Below are positions 23,770-36,100 of a stretch of 63,814 nucleotides of DNA, piece after piece. Below the pieces are notes generated by a model. The model was not told the DNA's origin and made no database searches. It saw only the letters and a list, made by a program, of their open reading frames with translations. Numbering within the stretch: position 1 is the stretch's first letter; each line of letters starts with the position of its first letter. The translations under genes and the position numbers were made by a program. The stretch spans positions 1-63,814 of the forward strand of contig QPGO01000030.1 in NCBI GenBank assembly GCA_008632985.1. The letters are read 5' to 3'. The DNA is from Psammoneis japonica (taxonomy: Eukaryota).

Positions 23770-25419
23770 TCACTTTTTCGCTATCTGAAGTAGACCGTCC
23801 GTTATGTGGCCACTTTTTGGCAAGGGAGTCTTGTTTGTCTTGGTTTGTGTAGAGTGATAAGGGCGTGGAGTCGCTGTTGAAGCATGAATACTCTGCATAG
23901 AACGCGACTTGGTCCTGGGCGTGTAAGATGAGCGAAGAGCCGAACCAAACGCACCTCGCGACCGCACACTAGAAGCGAAAATGGATTTCGACCCCGCCGT
24001 TTTTTCCAACAATGACCGAGCTGCAGGAGTCAGCGACTCTGTCGTTCGATCTAATGGTGTTCTACTGTTCGTCCGCTGTCGTTTCTTTGGTCTTGCGGCA
24101 GTTCTTTGCTGCTTCGCATGCTCCAGTTTGGCTTCTGCCTTTCGCGCCGCTTCTTGTCTATGGTCTTCTTCGGGCAATGTAAATGGCGTTGGTTCCACCA
24201 CCTTGCTTGCAGAATCCACGCCACTCAAAACAAGAGGTGTTGACGCCACGGAACCCCATGTGATAATGGGAGAGGAATCCCCTGCTTCGTCGCCTCTGCC
24301 TGGTACAACGAGTGGTGTCATGGCTACCAATGTTTCCTGGTCACGACGTTGGCGTCTTGCATGAGCCCTTCTCTCTTGAGATAGCGACAAGGAGGAAGTC
24401 TCGTCTAGATCGGTTGATGCGGACGTTCCATCTGTCGAATACCCCGCCGCCGAAGACTCGTCGCCTTCCAATCTGTGTGTCCGGATTGATAGGGAAAATT
24501 TTGAAGGGTTGGACGGAAACCTTGTTTGGGAGGGTTCAATTCTTTTCTCCAATGTGTGCTTTGGTGTATATTCTACCAGAAACTCTTTTGGGGCATCAGA
24601 AGATAAAGCTTTTTGCTGATCTGGTGAGTGAGCAATAATTGACAATGAGGAGGACGAAGCTGAGGGTACACCTTGTCGGACAGGTGCCGGCGGTGGCATC
24701 AGCGCGGCAACAGATTTGCTTGACTTGTTATCTTTTTCCCCGCTTGTGATCCTCATGAGAGACCCTGATGGGTTTCCTTCTATCGAAGAAGCTTCGCCTC
24801 GTTGAGGCGTGAAGAAGAAAGAGTCACGTTGTTTGCTGGTATCTTTCCATTGAGACGCTTCAATTCGATTCAACGGAGCATTGAACTTATCCGAAGCAAG
24901 CAGCGGTGTTTCCGGCTCAATTCTAGGTGAGCTGTCGGTTATTCTGAGCACAGGATTGCTCTGTTGGAATGCTTCTTGGCGTCGTTGCCGCTGTGCTTCA
25001 ATTTCCTCTTGCTGCGTTTTGTCAAACTCACGATTATCTTCGCTGGTCACTCGGGCATGAAATCCTGTAACAGTTTCCCTGTGCAACGGTCGAGCACTCC
25101 GTCGGATTCCAAGAGATCCTTTCCCATCAGGAGCATCAACGAGGTCATGCTCATCCTCTGCCTCCTTCTCCGCCAGCCCCTCTTCGTGATTTTGCAGCTG
25201 ACGAGCCGCTCTTCGTACCGCAACAGCTCCTGCAATATCGCCTACGGCTCGTTTTTCCAACACCGCTGCTTGCCTCTGTAACGCCGGTAAATCCGGAAAG
25301 TATTCACGCTGCACAATTTCCTCTAGTGTAGAAGTGTATTCCTCTTCGGATAGAACCACACGACGCTGACGAGGTTGACTACTCCTTTTTATCGACCCTG
25401 ACGGAACGATTTGACTCAT
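23770..25419 (-). CDS. ESS2: Splicing factor ESS2/DGCR14 homolog
   Basis: VLSEEEYTSTLEEIVQREYFPDL, TSEDNREF, MTP...SSPIITWGSVASTPL, LTPAARSLL and LRSSYTP. Confidence 0.88.
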   Translation of the reverse strand: MSQIVPSGSIKRSSQPRQRRVVLSEEEYTSTLEEIVQREYFPDLPALQRQAAVLEKRAVGDIAGAVAVRRAARQLQNHEEGLAEKEAEDEHDLVDAPDGKGSLGIRRSARPLHRETVTGFHARVTSEDNREFDKTQQEEIEAQRQRRQEAFQQSNPVLRITDSSPRIEPETPLLASDKFNAPLNRIEASQWKDTSKQRDSFFFTPQRGEASSIEGNPSGSLMRITSGEKDNKSSKSVAALMPPPAPVRQGVPSASSSSLSIIAHSPDQQKALSSDAPKEFLVEYTPKHTLEKRIEPSQTRFPSNPSKFSLSIRTHRLEGDESSAAGYSTDGTSASTDLDETSSLSLSQERRAHARRQRRDQETLVAMTPLVVPGRGDEAGDSSPIITWGSVASTPLVLSGVDSASKVVEPTPFTLPEEDHRQEAARKAEAKLEHAKQQRTAARPKKRQRTNSRTPLDRTTESLTPAARSLLEKTAGSKSIFASSVRSRGAFGSALRSSYTPRTKSRSMQSIHASTATPRPYHSTQTKTNKTPLPKSGHITDGLLQIAKK

Positions 25420-25639
25420 AACAAATCGGCAAAAAATTGTTGATGGTAGACTACGCCGTTTGTTTCGAGAGATTTTCAGTCAGATACTTGGTTTTCGCAG
25501 ACGAGGTAACGCCTGGTCTCCAGCTGTGCTACCCTTGTCTCCAGTTGTGGTACAGTGCGGTCGTAACAGGCAATCATTCACCGCTTCCAGCTTCCCATGG
25601 CCATTGCCTGTGCGTAGTAGTCCATAGTACGACGACTGG

Positions 25640-25860
25640 GCAACCCTGTAGAGTCTAGTATGTGTTCTACGTCAAAAGAAATCTCACGCACATCAAGAGC
25701 ATCAGACGGCGGACTACGCACGGACCATACGAAAATTCTGAGAGCGCTCGTAGAGATAGAGCGAGCGGAGCCCTGACCCTTTCATTTTGTGATTGCTTCT
25801 CGCGCTCTCTCTCCACTCTACTCTCTCTAGTAGAGTCATAAGTCCCTCTTTGGTTAGTCG
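25640..25860. repeat. Weak TA/AG/CT-rich island 5' of ESS2
   Basis: gtagagtctagta, tagagatagag, ctactctctctagtagag. Confidence 0.45.
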
Positions 25861-27099
25861 CACATGCTGTGTAGAAAGCACTCTTACATGTGTGAAACAA
25901 AAAAGAACACAACATGTGCTTCCACTCAAACCTGTGCAGAGACTCACGAAGACGAGCGCCGCTTCTGACATCATCTTGCGTTGAGTCGTGTTGTTGTGAT
26001 GATCCTCACAGCGACCCCGAGGCCTGCCCACAATGCACAGCATAGACTTGATCATGTGCAACTTGTGCCACCAACCCAGCTCAAACAAGACTTGAAATCA
26101 TGCCCCACACTGCTTTCCTCCACCAACTGTGCACTTGAGGCCAAGAACTCTCAACTGTGTTTGGCTTTCTTCGTCTCTAACATGTTTCCGTGCTCAACCA
26201 GAGCAATGATTGTCAATTGTTGAAAATTCCACACATCTGCCTGTTTTGTCCACCTGTCTTCTTGGTGAATGGATGCTCATGCTTGTCAGCAACAATTGTC
26301 AACTTTGAATTCACTCAATTGTTTTTTCTTGTTTTGAGCTGCCTGTTCTACATTGAGTCTGCATTGTTGTGAACTTGTTAAGTTTGCATGCAGTTCAACC
26401 ATTTTCTCTCCCATCGTCAGCTTGTTCTCTTCTGTCTTGCTTTGTTCATGCCACGTCTGTCCCTTTTTCCCCCTGCACACACCACAAGATGCATGCCGAC
26501 CTCAACTCCGACAAAGACAATGGTGCACCCTTGTCGCAATCCACTCTGTCCCGGTCAGATGTCTGACAACAACAATCAGTGTGCTCTCCAATGACATTTT
26601 CAGAGGTGTTCCCAGTGCTCTTCCTTCTTTTGTTTCCCCAGTGCTCTTCCTTCTTTTGTTGTGGCCTTGAGACGATGCATCTTCCTCCCCCCATTGCTCT
26701 CTGAGTGAGAACTCTGCCTTGTTCTCATTGGACGCATCTTTGCCTTCTGGCCAATCCCGCGATTCAAGCGCTGCAGGATTGCTGTTCCTGTCTCTTGATG
26801 ATTTTGATCCATCCTCTCTCTTTCCTGATTGCAGTGATCATGAGTGTCAACCCCCCACTCACGGTGACCCCTCCTCCATTGAATTGCTTTTGGAGTGTTC
26901 CTTTGAGGACACATCCACGATTTTCATGCTGCGCCGGAGCCTCCTGACAAACTCAGTGCTGGCAGTCCTGCCCAAGCTCTCAGCGGTGATCACATTTTTT
27001 ATGATGATGTTCTTCTCTTCAAGGAGGAGTTTGATGTGCTCTCAACACAACATTCCGTGTCATCCTCTGACATGGATGATGAGGCATTGCATCATTTTG

Positions 27100-27645
27100 A
27101 TGCACTTGAGTTGGAGGAGATGGAAGAAGCTCAACTGTTGCACCCTCCCTGCATTCAAGAAACCAATGCCACCAAGAAGCTTCATCCAGTGGAGGAAGAG
27201 TTGGTCATGATGATGAAGAAGCACCATCTTTCCCACGGTTTGTACAAGGCTTTCCTTTCCTGGGCTAAACGTGCCAAGGAGAGTGACTGTGAGTGCAAGT
27301 CTCTGTCCCATTCTACAGCCTTGCAATGCATGAAAGCCAAGCATTTTGATTTTGTTGGGCCAGAGCCCATTTGCTCCACAGTGAATTTGGGTCTTGATTT
27401 CACCCCAATGCATGTGTGCCATTTTTTCCTTTCTCCATCATGTGAGAAGGGTGTTTCATGATCCACAGGTTGTCCAGTCTTGTCAGTGGACAGACAACAA
27501 GAAGCACTGCTCCCAAATGAACGAATGCATTTGCAACTCTCTCAACACTGGCAACTGGTGGAAGCAAGCCGAGAATGATCTCAAATCTTCCCTTGCTGAA
27601 CTCAGCAACAACTGTCCATCTGGGTCACACCGTGTTTGCCCAGTC
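27100..27645 (+). pseudogene. Plavaka-like DNA transposase N-terminal relic
   Basis: Frameshifted translation ...GLYKAFLSWAKRA...HVCH/FSFLHHVRRVFHDPQV...ICNSLNTGNWWKQAE...RVCPV resembles the Plavaka 'l.tg.ww...piil' region and stops abruptly at ~27645. Confidence 0.55.
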
Positions 27646-29734
27646 AGGGAGGTCTCCAAGATTTGGCACCACAAGGAGAGGCAGCAGTGACAATGACAGT
27701 TGACATGTCTGGCTTGCTCACACAAGATGCATGGCTGCAATTTGCTGTGTTCCAGTGGGGCAGCAAGGGAGATGCATCAGACTCTGGCACATCCACCTGC
27801 ACCACCAAACATGTCGTCATTGTCAACCATAGAATGCTCTTGCCCCTCAGTCTCATCTTCCTCCTGTGCATCTGTGTCTGCTTGTTCTTCATGCTTGGAG
27901 GGTGGGAAAAGGATTTGTTTGGCTGGGGGAAGTGGGTTTCTGTGGCCAGTTCCAATGGTGCATTCCAAAAAATCAAGAGTGGGTCCAACGGGGACATCCA
28001 TTGCAAGAGAAACTGAACCTGCAGTTGCGGCAACAGCTGGCAGATTTGGTTCCTCTGAATCCAAATTGTTGTCAGAGGAAACAAAGGCAAGCCTGTGCCT
28101 GGAGTGGGGGTTGCTGGGATCATTCAGAGTCCCATCCAGTGCATGGTCAGAGGTTGCAACAATGTCGCAACACTTTGTGAAATGGGCAACATCCTGGGCA
28201 GCATGCTTCTGTTTCAATTTTGCCAATGGGACCTTGGCAAGGCAATGATTGCACAAATGGGAGTGTTCCTGAGAAACGTCCTCATTGGCTGCATCACTGC
28301 TTTTGGGCGCAACTGGCACATCCTCCATGTTGCACAAGCCATCAATCAGATCATCCTTGTGGTGCTGGAAGATGCATGTGAGGAGACACTTTACAGTGAT
28401 CAACTGTGTGAGTGCCTCCTGAACTGGACTGTCCATGCAGTGGGTCACAGTTGACCCATCCTTCTTGGTGTAAAAATCATTGACTTTTTGGTGGCTCTGT
28501 TTGCAGTCATTCATTGGCGTTCGCGCATGACAGAGACATGCAACGGCAGCTGGAGGCAAGAAAAACTCTGCCCACAGAGACAGCACCAGTCTCTCAAAGT
28601 GGCAGGTGATGCACAGATGGGTGGCTTTGCGTCAGTGTGTGCAACGGCTCTGTTTTCCTTGACAGCCAGTTCAACTCTGGTGGGACGGTCATTGAACAAG
28701 TTGACAGGAGTGCACTGACCTGTTGGAGATTCATGAACCACAGAGCCATCATGAGAGACAGAGAGAAAAGTCCAAAATGAGGGGAAGACAGTTTGCATCA
28801 CCTGGGTTGCCATGATTGGGTCCGCACACACTGCCACATTTCTCAAAAGTGCTGTCCAGGGCTGAGTGAAACAAGGCACTGCCGGCCTTGGGTGGCAGAA
28901 TGTGTTCAATTTGTGTGCGGATGTGGGAAGCAAAGGTGTTTTGTTCTTGATTCATGAAGTTGAGAGCCGACGGGCCAACCTTCTCCCAAAACTTTCAAAA
29001 CAAACTTCAGGTTTGTTCAACCATTTGTTGTCTGACCTCTCCTTGTCATTTTTTGGATTTTTTGGGAAGACATGTTCCCAAACCATCAGGGCAAAGGGAC
29101 ATTCAGAGTTGACACCAGCATCCAGGAGAGAGTGGCAATTCATGGTGTTGCCGATCTCTTGTTTGGATGGAAAACCCAGAGAGAAAAGAAGCGAACAACC
29201 AACTTTTGAGTTGCCAACCTTCTTCACAAGGTTGTTCTCCAAATTTGTCATTTCGCTGGCATGAAGGGGCTGTTTCTGGGCTTTCTGGAGTGAGGACATG
29301 GTCTTTTTTTTGCTGCGGCAATTTCTTGTGCCACAGTCCTTGTGCTTCTTCTGCAGTTTCTTGCACATCTTTTTGTTTTGGTTTTTGTGCAGGCCATGCA
29401 TCCGCCAGCAAAACAAAAGCCACACCCTGCAATCTTCACCGGACATTTCATGGGGTTGATGGCAAAAACGGCAAGATGCTCAGAGGCTTTGAGCAGATTC
29501 GGAGTCTTGCAAGAAGGGATTTTGTCACGCTCATTGAGAAATTCAACATCCTCTTTTTGATTGAGTGGGGAACAGTTCTCAGGCACATCATCAGAGGAGT
29601 CAACACTTCTTTGTTGGTGGAGGCAAGATTGGCGGCAGCAGCTGCAAGGTTGGCAGCAGGAGGAGCAGCCACGGATGGAGAGCCTTGTTGATGCTGAGGT
29701 CAGTCCCTGGTGCCTTGCCTGGGGGGTGGTCCAG

Positions 29735-30127
29735 CAGTGTTTCCCAAATGTGCATTTTTGGCTGGACCAAATTTGCATTTTTGTTGAACCAAAACACTTT
29801 TGTTGACCAAGTTGCCAGACCGACCAAATCAATTTGGTCGACCAAATTGACATTTGCGAAATCTCGACCAAATTCATTTCGTGCACATTTCCACACAAAT
29901 GATGCTGACACAGCTTCTACAAAATTTGCATGGCATGCAGACATGCATGTTTTCCAACTTTCCAGCCAACGGAAGATTCCTGCCAAAAGTGCGCCAAATT
30001 TCCCCGACCAAAATGACGTTTTCGGGAAACAAAATCATTTTGGTTGCGAGCTTCAAATTTGTCAACAAATTTGGTTTGACCAAAATGCCAATTTGGTCCA
30101 ACCAAAATGCACACTCGGGGAACACTG
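29735..30127. mobile_element. hAT-like MITE with ~55-bp imperfect TIRs
   Basis: Left cagtgtttcccaaatgtgcatttttggctggaccaaatttgc matches the reverse complement of right gccaatttggtccaaccaaaatgcacactcggggaacactg. Internal gaccaaa/tttggtc motif repeats. No clear TSD. Confidence 0.7.
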
Positions 30128-33100
30128 GTGGAAGGAGATTGGCCTGCTGTTCAAGCTGAACGAGCAGCAGCACCGCCACAACCTCCACAATGGCCACTGG
30201 TGCCACTGGTGCTGGGGGAAGTGTTGTGGCCAGCAGCTGGTGGGTTCATTTTCTTCCTTTTTCTTGGCGGCATGGTTGATGAGGAGCCAAATGGAAAGAA
30301 TGCAGGAGAATGAAGTCCCAGAGAAGGCAAAAATGTGAAATTGTCAATCTTGACAAGAGCAGTTTAATGTGACAATTTGACAAGTGTGGAGTGCACAATG
30401 GACACTGATGAACAGACAACTCATCAAGGTTCATTCAAAAATTTTCAAAACTTTGCATCACAAAAAAAAGATTGAATTTTAAAACAAAATGGGTGCAGAA
30501 AAAGAGACAGATGGGGAGTCAATGGAGATGGAGGTTCACCGTCAGGCTGAAAACACGAATTGTCCCTCCCTCACAAGACACAGAAAATGAAAAGTCAAAA
30601 TGATGAGCCTGGAGAGAGACAGTGACAGGCACGGCATGGCGGCTTGAACAGGATTAAATGCAAGACACACCAAAGGTGAGAACGACAAAACAAGTGGCGA
30701 GTGCATGGAGTCAGGACACGCAACCCAAACAACTGACACTTGCACGCACCTTTGCAAGCAGACGTCAAGACAAGTGCAATGGGAGCAGTGCCAAAGGACG
30801 AAGCAGCAATGGAAGATGGGCAGCAGGGACCAGTGATTAGGTGAGCTGAAGCAGCAAGTGAGCCAAGATTGCAGGACAAATGTGCAACAGCCAATCGTTG
30901 GCACAGCTCCATCTTCATTTGCAGGCAATGCTTTGAGCCAACAAAACAGGAGGGATGCAAAGATTGATTGTTGGAGGGGCTGTGTCATTGCCTGATGCAG
31001 ATGCACTTGGAGAGAGCAAGAGCGGTGTCAAGGGAGGAAACGGGGGACGAACTCATCACGCAGGTGGTGTCGGGACTGCAAAAGACAACAGGTGCTGGCA
31101 AATGCAGGAGATGGTCAAGAATGGGATGATGGGGACATTGTCAAGCATCTGGAACAGAAACAAATTGACAAGACATTTAGAAATTGTCATTGTTGCAAAT
31201 GAGCAATGCAAGGATGGTGTTGCAAAAATGTGGTTGTTGAGATCAAAACAGGAGCAAATGACAAGTTTCGCTGACCATCATTTCCCGCTTGGAAGGTCAG
31301 TTTAATTCTGGACAGATGCAAAATCAATGTTGAAATGTGCAGGAACACAGAATTGTCAAGAATGCATGCAGAAAAAGTGCAAAATCCATCAAGCATTAAA
31401 TCCCACTTGGAATGTTGAAAAAATGTTAAAATTGCTTCATGTGTGATTGACAAGCAGTTGTCAAGAACACAGGATTCTTAACAAGCAAATGTGAGTTCTG
31501 AACAAGAGCCACAATGTTTTCCAGATGTTCATGGTGAGCTCTCCTCTTGCTGGTGCTTGTGCCAGCCAACATCACAGCTGCTCTCGTCCTCTCCCACTCT
31601 GCCCCACACTCTTCTGCTTGTCAGGGATGTCCTCAGAGTGTGACTCAGTGTGCTTTTCAGCAGTGCTCCTCTGTTTTTTGTCTCCTTGCCACCACGCCCA
31701 TGTTCTCTTCCAGAGCATTTTGGCGCATTTCCTGCCACTCAAAAAGCCAGCTGGGCAGCCTTGTTGCCCCCATGTTTTCACCCCAATCATCTGGGGGCAA
31801 CCCCTCTCACCCTGCCCTCTGCTTTGCACAGTGACAGCTGCAGGTTCTTGATCTTGTTTCTTTTGATTTTTCTCAGGGCCAACACCTCCTCTCGCCACCA
31901 CTGCCTGCCCCAGGTTTGCCTGCTTCTTTGTCAAAACAAGAAGCCCCAGCATTGCTCCCAGTTGCTGGCATCAACTTTTTTTCAGCTGAACACAAACACT
32001 TTGTTTGGCAGCTGACAAAAAGGTTGTTGTGTGCCACAACAGCCCTGCTCCACTCATGCAGCAAAATGTGCTTAGCGCTCCCTCTGACAGCACAAACCAA
32101 AGAAGGGCTCCTTTGTCAAGAACCAGTGCAGTTCCCTTGCAGCGCTGTGCTTGCACTGGTGGGGCAAGATGTTGCTCCAAAATGAGCACACTCTAAAAGA
32201 CCAAAAGCCTTTTCTCACAACATGTTTGCATGAACCACCAGCACAGAGCCTGGCAAATCCAGGCAAGGCAACTTAAAGGAGTTGCCATGCATGTCAGACA
32301 TGACATGCTCACATCCTTTCTTTCCAATGTCCACAATGATGCCAACCCTTTTGTCATTCATGCAGATCCACTGGGCATGAGTCAGCGCATCTTTCCAGAT
32401 GCTCCTGCAGTGTCCAAGAGGTTCTTGGCTGGCAATGAAGTGTGGTCACATGGTTTCGAGCACACCCACTCACAAGAAACAACTGCAATCAGCTGTCAAT
32501 CCTGCCAGCCACATGAAACTTTAAACTTTGTTGTGCTGAGCACAAGGCAACAGTGGATTGCCAACTCTTCATCTTCTGCCAGCACATCTGCAAGAGAGAG
32601 CAACAATCTGCTTCTGTTGCCTGCTGGTCATCATGCCTGAGATCATCAGAGCATGAATTGCAGCAATTGAGGCTGCCTGTCTCACAGTGGTTTTTGACCT
32701 TTTCACAGGTGACAAAAAAGTGCTGCAACAGATGGATGGTTGTGCACATGGTGACAATGTGTGAACTGCAATGGACAAAGTTTTGTTGCCATGGTGTCTG
32801 ACCCTTCTCCTGTGAGAGCACTGTTTTGCTGTGAAACAGCCACCCAATTTCCCCATGAGAGTGCCCACCCTCTTTCCCTGCAGAACCTGACGATCAAAAG
32901 CATTTTCATTTCAACGTTGCACATTGACACTCATGTTTCATGTGAATGATGCGATGCATTGTGTTTGCAGTTTGTCAATGAATGCAAATTTGCTGCTTTG
33001 CCATGAGCTGTTCCACGTTTTCAACGGGCGCAGTTCCTTTGCCAGACTTCTGTGACTTCTTGTTCACTTTTGTCATCTTTGCTTGAACTGTCTCCTTCTT

Positions 33101-36100
33101 TGTTGTCTTCATTGTCTCTTCCTTTTCCTGTTCTCTCCTCCATGGCTGTTGTCCTTGTCATTGCCAGAAATCTCCACTGTGGCTTTTTTTGTCTCCTGCT
33201 GTGCCGGTGTTTTCTTGGTTTTAGCTTCCTTGCCCTTTTCATCACTTTTCTTCTTGTTGTTGGCACTGCACCCTGTGTTGAGCTGTGCACCTGGCTCACT
33301 TGCCCTGTTTTCCTTTGCTGCCTCATGCAGCTTGCTGAATTGCTGCACTCCTTCATCTTTCCACAAAATGCGCTGTCTCTTGACAGGTCAGTGTACAAGG
33401 GTGCTGGGGTTTCTTCCTTCTCCTTGTTGTTTCTGTCCTCATCTCCCTCTTGAATCTTCTTGTCCTTCATGGCCTTGCACTCCTGATTTTCTGGTGGTTT
33501 TCCAATGTCAACAGCCCCAGAGCCTTGTTCCTTGCTGCAGTTGGCTCTGTCACCTTGGCGTTTCTGGTCTTCACCATCTTTCTCTGCACAGGAGCTCTCA
33601 ATGAATTTTAGAACATTGTTGCAGAACCATGTGTGTGCTTCCTTGTTGGCCCATTTCTCACACACAATGGTGTTCACAGTCTTGTGCTCCAAGTTGGCAG
33701 GAATGGTTTTTCAGCATTGCTGCTCTTCTTTCTCTCCTTTTTTGCTTTCTTGTTGCTCTTTTCTTTTGCCCACAGATTTCCTTGGCTTCTTCTTCTTCTG
33801 TCAGCATGACTGGTGCTGGTGCAGATGAGTGCAATGTCAGCAGCATCATTTCCATTGCCTTGTTGGCAATGTGTCCCACAGCACTCACCACTCATTGCAC
33901 TCTTCATCATTGGCTGCATTGCAGTGCTCGTTTTCATGTTGATTGCATTGAGGCTGCACTTTTTTGCCTGGTCTTCCCACTTCCTTGCCCAGTCTTGCTT
34001 GCTGAAATTGCCACTGGCTGTGTTCTTGCATGTTGGCCATGAGACACCTTTCCATCACTCAGCATGTGTGCCTTGACAAGGAATCCTGCTTTCAAAGACA
34101 GCTCCATCCTGGCCACCTCTTTGATCTCTCTCCTGAGAGATTGGTTTGGTGGCTCATTGGCCAATGGTTGTTGCTTCCTTTTCTTCTTCCCAGTTGCCTT
34201 CACAGGTTGCAGTTTGTTGTGGACTTGTGTTGCAGCAAACGCATTGCATGTTGGGCTCTGATGAGGAAGCCCGGCATTGTTGATCCAAACCTTTTTTTCA
34301 TGCTGTGTTTGTGATGCTCTCACCAATGCTTTGCATGTCTTGACTGCCACCCAGCAAAATTAACAAATGAAGAGTTTTGATGTCAAGCAACAAATCTGCT
34401 GCTGTTTGCATGGTTTGTCAATGGCCAGCAATTGAACATTCAGCTCAAACTAATCATTTAAAACTGTCTGCAGACATTTTTGAATTTAATTTTTTGCCTC
34501 ATGTCCACATCATGTAAAATTGGCCAAAGTGCACACACAAAAATTTTTGTCTGCAAAAGTTTTTGTTTGTGGAATGAACAAATTGCACACAGCCTTCCTC
34601 ATTTTCACAGCCTGTTTTCAATGTGGTGCAACAAGTTTTTCCAGTCCACTGTCTTGCAAGCCTTGTCCAAAAGGACCATGCAAAAACCGCTTGCACCATC
34701 CATCGCAAGAACAACCAGTCATGTCATCAAGTGCATTTGTCACATCACAAACGCACTTCCACAAAATGCTTCACATGACTGTGACAGAGTCTGTCTTTCT
34801 TTTCTTTACATTCAAATTTGCAACGGCATCTTCTTGCTTGTTTTCACAGTCATGCTGGTGATCATGATGCAGCCTCTCTTTCCCAGATCATCTTCAATGT
34901 CCAACCATTGACCATCTTGGGAGCCAATGTGAAGAGCTCCATCCTGTTGCAGATCCAAATGTCTTTGGGCTTTGCATGAATTGATCCACAGTGGAAAATG
35001 ACGCCAGCTTCCTGGCATCAAAGTAATGCCTTTTTTGTCCATTGCAAGTCCACAAGCACCTCCAGAGCTGCCACCCATGAGGTGTCCACACTCTCCATTG
35101 TCATTCATTCCACAGGCAGGCAAGTGCCCATCCTTGAAATCTTGTTCATCTCATGAATCCCTTTTGTCCATGGCCAATCATGTGTCTTCCCCCTTGACCC
35201 AGCGGCACACTCATCTCTCAAGTGCTCATCATCTCCATGGTTTTCACAATGCAAACTGCACACTTCCCTTGCCTTTTCTGGCGGGTTTTGACAATGTTCC
35301 AAAACCCTGGTTTTGTGTGTGTTCCTTGCACATTCAACAATCACATTTTCCCAGTTTGAGTCATCATGGATGGAGAACACAGGTGTGGCAGCAGACATGT
35401 GCACCTGTTTTGTCTCCAAGACATGCCTTCATGGTGTCCTCCTTGGACCCAACTTCATCCAACTCAAAAACATGACAAGAAAGCTGTTGACAAATGTGCG
35501 CTGCTCTTTCTGGGTCATGACCTTCCAAAAAATTTTTGGGAACCAACAAATTGCATCATTTTTCTCATGTTTGATGTGATGCATGACTGTTTTGGTGACA
35601 AAGCATGTCCCATGAAGGTCATGTGCTTGGCTGTTGATCAGGGCAAGGAGACTGGTGCACTTCAAAAAATGCAAACAAGGCTTGCCTGTGAGTGGATCAT
35701 TGGGGTCCTTGCTGGCAAGACTTGGCCATTGCCTTGATGTTGTGGCAAAGGGTGTGACAATGATTCCTCTCCTTTCCTGTCTCTCCAGGTGTCAAGGAGA
35801 AGAACTTGTTGTCAAAGAACAAGTTCACCTTTTTTGCTGGATCTCTTCATTGCCCAACAAGAGTCATGATGCAAGACCACATGTCTGGACATCCAAGAAA
35901 TTTCCTTGCATTGTTGTTGGTGTGGACAGCTTCTGCAACACAGGGAACATGGCAAAGCTTTGGTTCATGGCAAAGGAAGGGAGGCACTGAGAATTCCAGA
36001 GAGGGCACCAAATTCATTCAATCCACACACTGCTTTTAGAGGCACACATTGCAGCTGTGCTTTTGAGCTTGGGTCCAAACAGCTTCACTCCAAAACCATC

